A stretch of DNA of 64,000 nt from an uncultured Methanotrichaceae archaeon (GTDB taxonomy: Archaea > Halobacteriota > Methanosarcinia > Methanotrichales > Methanotrichaceae). The stretch spans positions 20,541 to 84,540 of the forward strand of contig CAZDLZ010000004.1 in assembly GCA_964506745.1 (NCBI GenBank), given 5' to 3'. How positions within the stretch are numbered: position 1 is the first letter of the stretch; each line of letters opens with the position of its first letter. The notes below the pieces were generated by a model. The model was not told the origin of the DNA and made no database searches. It saw only the letters and a program-made list of their open reading frames with translations. Shown here one piece after another: positions 57,079 through 64,000 of the stretch. Position numbers and translations under genes: made by a program.

Positions 57079-58397
57079 GAACCGAGAAGGAGATTCGCGA
57101 AGAGATCTTTGAAAGAGTCTCTGAGCTCTATCATCTGCGCAAGAGCCGGAAGCAGTTCATCCCTGGAGAGACTCGAATAAACTATGCAGGCAGAGTTTAT
57201 GACGAACGAGAGATGATCAGCCTGGTGGACGCGTCCCTGGACTTCTGGCTCACCACCGGCAGATACGCCAAGCAGTTCGAGGAGGAGCTGGCAAGGTTCA
57301 TCGGGGTAAGATACTGCCTGCTCACGAACTCCGGCTCTTCAGCAAATTTGCTGGCCATCTCTGCCCTCACGTCACCCAAGCTCGGAGAAGAGAGGCTGAT
57401 GCCCGGCGATGAGGTGATCACCACGGCCTGTGGCTTTCCCACCACATTAAACCCAATAATCCAGAACAACCTAATCCCGGTCTTTGTCGATGTCGATTTA
57501 GGGACATGCAACATCCAAGCGGATAAGATCGAAAAGGCGATCACGGAAAAAACGTCCGCAATCTTCGTTCCCCATACTCTGGGAAACCCGGTAGATCTGG
57601 ATAAGATTCTGGAACTGGCGAAGGACTACGACCTATGGTTCGTCGAGGACAATTGCGATGCTCTCGGCTCCACGTATATGGGAAGATATACCGGCTCCTT
57701 CGGCCATATCTCCACCTGCAGCTTTTACCCTGCGCATCACATCACTATGGGCGAAGGGGGCGCGGTCCTGACCGATGATCCCACTCTGAAGAAGATAATT
57801 GCCTCGTTCCGGGATTGGGGGCGAGACTGCTGGTGTGATCCCGGCTGCGACGGCACTTGCGGAAAACGGTTCGAATGGAATCTGGGATCATTGCCGTCCG
57901 GGTACGATCACAAGTACATTTACTCACACATCGGCTACAATCTTAAGGTTACGGATATGCAGGCCGCCATCGGCGTGGTGCAGCTCAAGAAGCTGCCCAC
58001 CATAATAAAGAGAAGAAAAGAAAACTTTGAGCGGCTATTTAACGAATTGAAAAAGTATCAAGAGTATTTTATTCTTCCTGTTAGGGCGAATAATTCGGAT
58101 CCGAGTTGGTTTGGTTTTTCCATTCTGGTAAAGGAGGATGCTCCTTTCAACAGGTCCGACATAGTGAAGCATCTGGAGTCGAGAGGGATTGCTACCCGGA
58201 TGCTATTTGGTGGAAATCTCATAAAACAGCCAGCTTATGAGGGCATCAAATTCAGAGAGATAGGGCCTTTGACAAATACGGATCTTATCATGAATAATCT
58301 ATTCTGGATAGGTGTCTATCCTGGATTGACTGAAGAGATCATTCAATATATCCTGTATGCATTCCATGAGTTCTTTCAAGAAATGAAAGCCTGTTGA
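57075..58397 (+). CDS. rfbH: CDP-6-deoxy-L-threo-D-glycero-4-hexulose-3-dehydrase (E1; RfbH/DdhC)
   Basis: DegT fold with His in place of the PLP lysine (YPAHHITMGEGG) and the Fe-S Cys cluster RDCWCDPGCDGTC. Confidence 0.85.
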   Translation: MRTEKEIREEIFERVSELYHLRKSRKQFIPGETRINYAGRVYDEREMISLVDASLDFWLTTGRYAKQFEEELARFIGVRYCLLTNSGSSANLLAISALTSPKLGEERLMPGDEVITTACGFPTTLNPIIQNNLIPVFVDVDLGTCNIQADKIEKAITEKTSAIFVPHTLGNPVDLDKILELAKDYDLWFVEDNCDALGSTYMGRYTGSFGHISTCSFYPAHHITMGEGGAVLTDDPTLKKIIASFRDWGRDCWCDPGCDGTCGKRFEWNLGSLPSGYDHKYIYSHIGYNLKVTDMQAAIGVVQLKKLPTIIKRRKENFERLFNELKKYQEYFILPVRANNSDPSWFGFSILVKEDAPFNRSDIVKHLESRGIATRMLFGGNLIKQPAYEGIKFREIGPLTNTDLIMNNLFWIGVYPGLTEEIIQYILYAFHEFFQEMKAC

Positions 58398-58442
58398 TGA
58401 TTCTCAGCAACCGGTTCAGATGGCTTAGCATCCGAATCGGCT

Positions 58443-58449
58443 AAAAAAA
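58443..58449 (-). terminator. oligo-T tract directly after the stop of the 58457..59641 gene
   Basis: A7 on the plus strand is T7 on the minus strand, 7 nt past the stop. This is the usual archaeal terminator type. Confidence 0.35.
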
Positions 58450-58456
58450 TCCGACC

Positions 58457-59641
58457 TCAAGGCCCCGGATAAATAACTTCAATATTCTCCATATTCAGGA
58501 TGAGCTTCCGGAGCTCTTCGCAGTTTATAGGATGCTTGAACTCGCTGCATACCTTCACCCGTTCAGACAGATCGCCCAGCTCCTTGTCTTTTAAGTAGTA
58601 GCCCATTCTCTGGGTGATATATTTGAGCGCCTTGGCTCCCGTGTGCTTGCCGATGATGATATGCCGGGCAGCGCCTACCATTTCTGGCGAGTAGAGCTCA
58701 TAGGTCCTGGGCTCTTCCAGAACGGCCGCCACATGAATTCCTGACTCATGGGCAAAAGCGTTCGTTCCCACCACTGCCTTATTCCTGGCCACGGGAACCT
58801 CTGAGTAGGTTTCCACCAGCTTGGAGAGGTCTTTTACCTTGGTGAGATCGTAAGTGTGCAGGTCATAATGCAGACTCAAATTTACCAGCAGCTCTTCCAA
58901 CGGTGTGTTGCCGCTCCGTTCACCAATGCCGTTTACCGTAGTGTGCAGTTGCTTTGCCCCTGCTTCCGCTCCGGCCAGGGTATTGGCCAGAGCCATTCCC
59001 AGGTCGTCGTGGCAGTGCATGCATATGGGAATATTCACAACCTTTTTTAGCTCGCTTATCATGTAATAGGTCGTGCGCGGATTCATAATCCCCACGGTAT
59101 CGGCAACGCTGATGTAGTCGGCGTGATACTCCTCTGCCTTTTTGTAAAGCTTCTTTAAAATCTCAAAATCGGTGCGCGTGGCATCCTCGGCTGAGAAGCG
59201 AACAATCAGGCCATGGTCCTTGGCATACTCCACCGTCTGGAGGGCGCAAGAAATCGCCTCGGGACAGCTCATGTGTAGTTTGTACTTGAGATGAAGATCA
59301 GAGGTGGCGATGAAGACGCTGACCATATCGGCGCCGCATTCAATGGCAGCATCGACATCCTTCTTGACGGACCGGCAGAGCGCTGAAATCTTGGCGTCAA
59401 GCCCCAGATTGCAGACCTCTTTTACGGCATTCATCTCTGCCGCGGATACGACGGGAAAACCAGCTTCAATAACCTCGACGCCTATCTCATCCAGCCGCAG
59501 AGCGATATCCAGTTTTTCATCGGCGCGAAAGACTACTCCCGGCATCTGCTCACCGTCGCGGAGGGTTACATCGCAGATCTCGATGTCCAGGGGTGGTGTC
59601 TTGGCCAGGGCCAAGAATTGATTGAGGGAGTAGTCTTGCAT
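58457..59641 (-). CDS. homocitrate synthase / isopropylmalate-citramalate synthase family (AksA/NifV-like)
   Basis: DVTLRDGEQ motif; 394 aa and lacks the LeuA regulatory domain. Confidence 0.8.
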   Translation of the reverse strand: MQDYSLNQFLALAKTPPLDIEICDVTLRDGEQMPGVVFRADEKLDIALRLDEIGVEVIEAGFPVVSAAEMNAVKEVCNLGLDAKISALCRSVKKDVDAAIECGADMVSVFIATSDLHLKYKLHMSCPEAISCALQTVEYAKDHGLIVRFSAEDATRTDFEILKKLYKKAEEYHADYISVADTVGIMNPRTTYYMISELKKVVNIPICMHCHDDLGMALANTLAGAEAGAKQLHTTVNGIGERSGNTPLEELLVNLSLHYDLHTYDLTKVKDLSKLVETYSEVPVARNKAVVGTNAFAHESGIHVAAVLEEPRTYELYSPEMVGAARHIIIGKHTGAKALKYITQRMGYYLKDKELGDLSERVKVCSEFKHPINCEELRKLILNMENIEVIYPGP

Positions 59642-59705
59642 AGCGCTCTAATTGTGATAATTCATTACATAAATCGGTTTCGAAGGAAATGAGTTTCCGG
59701 CAATT

Positions 59706-61025
59706 CTAAAGATTGGCAAAACGCTCCAATATCCACCGGTTTCGCACTTCTGGATGAAATATGATGCCGTAAGTGGGATGATTGCAGTGCCCGAATGCCT
59801 CGACGGCATCTGTTTTTCCTGCCAGAATCGATAACCCCTCCGGCAATGTCACTGCATAGTCATGGAGGTGATAACCCTCGATATGTCGTGCCTCACCAAG
59901 CAACTGCGAATCCCTTACGATCTCGATTTGTTTCAGGCCGATAGCTTGATTTGGCACTATCGATCCCCCATAGACGGCGCCAATAACTTGCATTCCGGCG
60001 CATATTCCCAAAATGGGTTTTTTAAAATCCTTAATCCAGGAGAAGAGATGCAAATGCTTGGCATAAACATTATCCAACAGGCCAGTTCCGCAGAGGATAA
60101 TTTTATCGTAGCTGGCAAGCTCCTGCGGCTTGAGCATGGTATAATGCAAAATATTGCAAAAAAATCCTGCTTGCTGCAATGTATCTCTAATGGGGTGGAC
60201 AAATTCGTACTGGGATAGGGAGTCTTTTTCAAAGCAAAGGTCAACCAGGAGGATGCATCCCTTCCGATCCATGATCTCCTTAGAAATTCGTCCAACGCTG
60301 CCCGGATCTCTTCCTTCCCTTTTCGGACTCGCACCCCTCACCGGTTTATCCACCAGCTGCAGCTCCTCGATGACGAACTGCCCCCGGTAGTCGGCATAGC
60401 TCTGGGATGCCTTTTGGATCTCAATTCTCTTTCGGAAGATCGGGCCGTCCAGAACGAAGGTCTCCAGCTCTCCTCCTTCGCCTGAAGGATTTATCCTGTA
60501 TTTTTGCTGGAGGCGTTCGAGCATTTGGATACGCTCAGCCGTCAACTCTGCTCCCAGCCAGGAGGCATCGAAGGGATAGGCATAGACCCCTGAGACAATG
60601 ATGGAAAAGTCTTCCTTCAAAAGCCTGCGGAGGTAATCGATCTGATTTGTCTGCCAGAGGGGGTTGTAGCACCAGAGACCCAGGTCGCGACAGATCCTCT
60701 GCACACGCGCCGCCTGGTAGACGGACTCAATGGCTCCTGTGACTATTCCCTGGACGGCGCATCTATCCCGAGCGGCTGCAATGGCCGCAGCCAGGTCCGC
60801 CAGCTCCGTCTCTTTGATGCCGCACGTGGGCCAGGTGAGCAGGGGTATGCTCATGGCCTTGGCTTGCAGGTCGGTGTGGCGGATGTTAGGCGTGTGGAAC
60901 ATGTAGCTGTCCGGGTTATCCGAGACCAGAGTTATCAAGCAAGCTACCTGATTCTTTTCCATAGCCCGGCGGCAGGCAAAGACCGAGTCCTTGCCGCCTG
61001 AGAAGAGCACCCCCAGTTTCATCAT
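59706..61025 (-). CDS. fusion protein: Dph6/MJ0570-type PP-loop ATP pyrophosphatase domain plus class I glutamine amidotransferase domain
   Basis: N-terminal half: LFSGGKDS PP-loop, GAIESVYQ and GEGGELETFVLDGPIF. C-terminal half: ILGICAGMQ nucleophile elbow and IFHPEV. The start is ATG 61025 or 61022. Confidence 0.8.
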   Translation of the reverse strand: MMKLGVLFSGGKDSVFACRRAMEKNQVACLITLVSDNPDSYMFHTPNIRHTDLQAKAMSIPLLTWPTCGIKETELADLAAAIAAARDRCAVQGIVTGAIESVYQAARVQRICRDLGLWCYNPLWQTNQIDYLRRLLKEDFSIIVSGVYAYPFDASWLGAELTAERIQMLERLQQKYRINPSGEGGELETFVLDGPIFRKRIEIQKASQSYADYRGQFVIEELQLVDKPVRGASPKREGRDPGSVGRISKEIMDRKGCILLVDLCFEKDSLSQYEFVHPIRDTLQQAGFFCNILHYTMLKPQELASYDKIILCGTGLLDNVYAKHLHLFSWIKDFKKPILGICAGMQVIGAVYGGSIVPNQAIGLKQIEIVRDSQLLGEARHIEGYHLHDYAVTLPEGLSILAGKTDAVEAFGHCNHPTYGIIFHPEVRNRWILERFANL

Positions 61026-61044
61026 GTTTTTACGGTGCAACAAG

Positions 61045-62541
61045 CTACTCCAGGTCAAGCATTTGCCAGATCTTCGCCATATCCAAGTTGGTCTCTACAG
61101 CCGCGGCAAGCTTCGCAAAGCCATCTCCCTTTGCGGCTCTCTCTCTTGCTCTATTCTCTGTTTCTGTCTTGGGAGGCAAGCTTAATCCCTGGCCGGAATT
61201 TTTGCGGCTGCGCAGGAATTCGAGAAAAGCATTGCAAAAGTTCTCGTTCTCGAAGAGGCCATGCAGGTAGGTGCCTATCACCATTCCGCTCTTTGAAACA
61301 GCGCCGTCATCTCCGAAGGCCTTCTGGCCCTTGGGGCTGGTCACACCCATGTGAATCTCGTAGCCTGTGACGGTTTGGCCGCGGATCGGGTCCAGGATGG
61401 GGCCGCTGCCCGTGACCGTCTTTTTCACCTGCACCGTCCTCTTCTCATAAAGGTCGAAGCGGGTTACCGCATCCAGCAGACCCAGGCCCGGCACAGTCCC
61501 CACGGTCTCCTCAATGCCGCAGTCGATGATCTCTTTGCCCAGCATCTGGTAGCCGCCGCAGATGCCCAGGATGGGCGTCTCAGCCCGGGATTTTATCTGG
61601 TCGGCCATGCCCTTCTCTTGCATCTCTAAGAGGTCGGAGACGGTGTTCTTGGTGCCGGGGATGATTATCGCATCCGGTTGGCCCAATGGCTCAGAGAGGC
61701 TCACGTAGCGAACATGCGCCTGCCGCTCCAATGGCTCGAAATCGGTGAAGTTGCTGATGCGTGGCAGCCTGATCACGGCAATCTCGATCGCGTCTGCCGC
61801 AGCAGAGCGGGCCTTTTTGTCGCCCAAAGAGACAGAGTCCTCGGAGGGTATGTCCAGGTCGAGGTAGGGCATGACGCCCAGCACGGGAACCCCTGTGAGC
61901 TCTTCGAGCGCCGACAGGCCGCTGCCCAAGATGGCAGGATCGCCCCGGAATTTGTTGATCACGAGGCCCTTAACAAGAGGCCTGATGTCCTCGGGCAGGA
62001 GCTCTACTGTGCCGAAGAGGCTGGCGAAGACGCCGCCCCGCTCGATATCTCCTACCAGGATTATGGGTGCATTCAGGTATCGGGCCACATAGATATTGGC
62101 GATATCGCGATCGAAGAGGTTGATCTCTGCCGCCCCTCCTGCGCCTTCTACTACTATGTAGTCGTAGTCTTTCTCCAGCTCTTGCAGGGATCTGTCTACC
62201 ACCTCTTTGAGCCCATCGATCTCTCGATAGTACTCCTCTGCCGATTTGTCGGCCACGCTCCTGCCCAGGACGATGACCTGAGAGGTGCGGTCCCCTTTTG
62301 GCTTGAGAAGGATGGGGTTCATGAACTCCGTCGGCTCGACACGGGATGCCCAGGCCTGCACCGCCTGGGCTATGCCGATCTCTGAGCCGTTTTGAGTTAC
62401 CCAGGAGTTGAGGCTCATGTTCTGAGACTTGAAGGGCGCGACCTTCAGGCCGCGATCGGAGAGCAGGCGGCAGATGGCGGCGACAAGTGTGCTCTTGCCG
62501 GAATGGGAGGTGGTGCCCAGGACCACGAGAAAGCGGGACAT
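61045..62541 (-). CDS. cobQ: cobyric acid synthase
   Basis: LGTTSHSGKST P-loop and a C-terminal GATase3 domain (GICGGYQMLG). 498 aa. Confidence 0.9.
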   Translation of the reverse strand: MSRFLVVLGTTSHSGKSTLVAAICRLLSDRGLKVAPFKSQNMSLNSWVTQNGSEIGIAQAVQAWASRVEPTEFMNPILLKPKGDRTSQVIVLGRSVADKSAEEYYREIDGLKEVVDRSLQELEKDYDYIVVEGAGGAAEINLFDRDIANIYVARYLNAPIILVGDIERGGVFASLFGTVELLPEDIRPLVKGLVINKFRGDPAILGSGLSALEELTGVPVLGVMPYLDLDIPSEDSVSLGDKKARSAAADAIEIAVIRLPRISNFTDFEPLERQAHVRYVSLSEPLGQPDAIIIPGTKNTVSDLLEMQEKGMADQIKSRAETPILGICGGYQMLGKEIIDCGIEETVGTVPGLGLLDAVTRFDLYEKRTVQVKKTVTGSGPILDPIRGQTVTGYEIHMGVTSPKGQKAFGDDGAVSKSGMVIGTYLHGLFENENFCNAFLEFLRSRKNSGQGLSLPPKTETENRARERAAKGDGFAKLAAAVETNLDMAKIWQMLDLE

Positions 62542-62651
62542 GAAGTGGGCGAGGGGGGCCAGGCTTATTTGCCTTTTGGAAGGTGGAGTTTTCTGATCCC
62601 AACCGTAGAGCCAGTTTGAGCGGATTGCAGCATGAACGGAAAGATATATTA
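62371..62651. repeat. left copy of an imperfect direct repeat (cobQ codons 1-57 plus ~110 nt upstream)
   Basis: Hand-aligned to 63655..63921. 21/21 nt match at the cobQ-internal end, the next ~65 nt match at roughly 75%, 83/84 nt match over 62459-62542 versus 63742-63825, and similarity is weaker upstream. Confidence 0.85.
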
Positions 62652-62721
62652 GCTTTTTTGCATATTATCATATCAATAATCTCTTCAATCATTGGAGATA
62701 TTTTCCGCGAGGACTTGAACT

Positions 62722-63228
62722 ATGAAGAACGTCCAGAAGACCAAGGACTGGATAGAGATGGCAATAGATGATATGATGGATGCCATTGCAGACTTTAGCG
62801 ACGAGAGATATCCAAGCAGCGTTTTTCATGCTCAGCAATGTGCAGAAAAGCTATTGAAATCGGTTCTGTATTTTTTTGGAATTTTTCACGAAAAGACGCA
62901 TTTTCCATCGGACGTGCTTGTAGGGGAGATACTGAATAATCCAGAGACAACGCGAGACTTGAGTCTATCCAGAGATCAAATAGGATTTCTGCTGGCCATG
63001 GCAGATAATGCTGCATCTATCGAAAAACAGCGAAGCATGCCCCGATACGGATGGGAGACCAGAGATCGAATTATCAAACCTTCGGAGATTTATGATGAGG
63101 AGAAGGCAAGGGAGATAATGGGCCGATCGGAGACTGTTTTAGCAGCAGCTCTGGGCTTTTTCGCGACGCTTGGCGCGGAGGAGTTGGACGGCGTCCTGGA
63201 GAGGATAGAGCAATGTTTGAAGAGATGA
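62722..63228 (+). CDS. HEPN-domain protein
   Basis: Helical, ~168 aa, with WIEMAIDDM...AQQCAEKLLK and MPRYGWE segments typical of HEPN partners of minimal nucleotidyltransferases. Overlaps the next gene by 16 nt. Confidence 0.7.
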   Translation: MKNVQKTKDWIEMAIDDMMDAIADFSDERYPSSVFHAQQCAEKLLKSVLYFFGIFHEKTHFPSDVLVGEILNNPETTRDLSLSRDQIGFLLAMADNAASIEKQRSMPRYGWETRDRIIKPSEIYDEEKAREIMGRSETVLAAALGFFATLGAEELDGVLERIEQCLKR

Positions 63229-63641
63229 TCGATAGTTATCTTGCCTGGCTGAAAGAATGCAAAGAGTATGATGTCAAGAGCGTGATACTATTCGGCTCTG
63301 TGGCTCGAGGCCAGGCAAAGGAGCACAGCGATGTAGACCTCATCATCGTGGCCTCAGGCCTTCCGGAGCTGAAGAGAAGGGATGTGCTGCCGCCCTTCCC
63401 AAAGCCCTCTCGCATTCAGGATATCTGGATGACACCGGAAGAGCTGGAAGATATGGTCATAGCAAAGACGGCATTCTTGGTGGATGCGCTGCTGGAAGGC
63501 CGGGTGTTGCAGGACGATGGGACGGTGGCAGGAGCGCAGGAAAGACTGATTGCGTCGCTGAAGAGGCTGAAGGCGAGACGCCTGAAATCGGGGTGGATGA
63601 TTCCGAGAGACGACCTCGGGGCGGTGATAAGCTTCGATTGA
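63213..63641 (+). CDS. minimal nucleotidyltransferase (MNT) domain protein
   Basis: ILFGSVARGQAKEHSDVDLIIV (GSxxRG...DxD) signature. Confidence 0.8.
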   Translation: MFEEMIDSYLAWLKECKEYDVKSVILFGSVARGQAKEHSDVDLIIVASGLPELKRRDVLPPFPKPSRIQDIWMTPEELEDMVIAKTAFLVDALLEGRVLQDDGTVAGAQERLIASLKRLKARRLKSGWMIPRDDLGAVISFD

Positions 63642-63654
63642 ACTCCTATTGAGA

Positions 63655-63921
63655 TATGCCGATCTCTGAGCCGTTCCTGGCCCCTCAGGTGTTAGGGGGT
63701 CGTGTTCTCAGACCTGGGGCGCGACCCTAAGCCCTCGATCTGAGAGCAGGCGGCAGATGGCGGCGACAAGTGTGCTCTTGCCGGAATGGGTGGTGGTGCC
63801 CAGGACCACGAGAAAGCGGGACATGCGACGGGGAAGGCTAGCCAGGTTTATTTGCCTTTTGGAAGGTAGTATTTCATACTATTGGGACTGCATGAGCGGA
63901 CAATCCCAAAAAGATATAATT
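63655..63921. repeat. right copy of the imperfect direct repeat flanking the HEPN-MNT pair
   Basis: See the left copy at 62371..62651. Confidence 0.85.
63708..63824 (-). pseudogene. truncated duplicate of the cobQ 5' end (38 codons then stop)
   Basis: Translates to [38 protein letters not shown], compared with cob[39 protein letters not shown]... Confidence 0.8.
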
Positions 63922-64000
63922 TATTAATAATTATTTAATATCTAACCTATCCCAAAAAATATATAGCAAAAGGAGATATGTTGAAGTTGAGCGTTCTGCA

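Noticed and set aside
63978-64000. Possible gene start (ATG 63978 after AAGGAG) at the right window edge
   Set aside because: Only 23 nt of coding sequence are available, which is too short to call.
1-64000. CRISPR arrays, rRNA genes, IS elements, transposases, integrases, in-frame UAG (Pyl) genes
   Set aside because: None were seen on reading the sequence and ORF translations. The only repeat structures found are those reported above.

Overview
This is a gene-dense archaeal chromosome segment, most likely from a methanogen-type euryarchaeon. Supporting evidence: a complete A1A0 ATPase operon in H-I-K-E-C-F-A-B-D order, a bifunctional FBP aldolase/phosphatase, a form III-type RuBisCO, coenzyme-B-type homocitrate synthase and homoaconitase-like genes, TrpB2, and strong GGAGG-type ribosome-binding sites. 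I cannot assign a genus from sequence alone. Region 1-23.5 kb is core metabolism: argF 3' end, tRNA-Leu(UAG), truA, an aconitase-family large subunit, trpB2, an ATP-NAD-kinase-like gene, the ATPase operon, RuBisCO divergent from three FBP enzymes, and a ferredoxin plus AOR-family oxidoreductase. Region 23.6-58.4 kb is a ~35-kb surface-glycan biosynthesis island made of several cassettes. These are UDP-GlcNAc supply (two GlmU-like genes and glmS), a WbpA/B/D/E/I-like UDP-2,3-diacetamido-uronic acid route, four GT-B glycosyltransferases, an AsnB-like amidotransferase, a compact pseudaminic-acid operon, a Wzx-like flippase, a GtrA / GT2 / large polytopic membrane protein trio, and a CDP-3,6-dideoxyhexose route that includes an acetolactate-synthase-like ThDP enzyme. 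By eye the island is compositionally mosaic and contains one relic gene fragment. Region 58.4-64 kb holds a homocitrate-synthase-family gene, a Dph6-like PP-loop domain fused to a class I glutamine amidotransferase, cobQ, and a HEPN/nucleotidyltransferase pair. That pair is bracketed by ~270-bp imperfect direct repeats that duplicate the cobQ 5' end and its upstream region. No rRNA, CRISPR array, transposase or integrase was seen. The most unusual items are the yersiniose-like branched-sugar gene set, the Dph6-GATase fusion, the RuBisCO/FBP enzyme cluster and the repeat-flanked HEPN-MNT cassette. All functional calls come from motif recognition by eye, with no database search.
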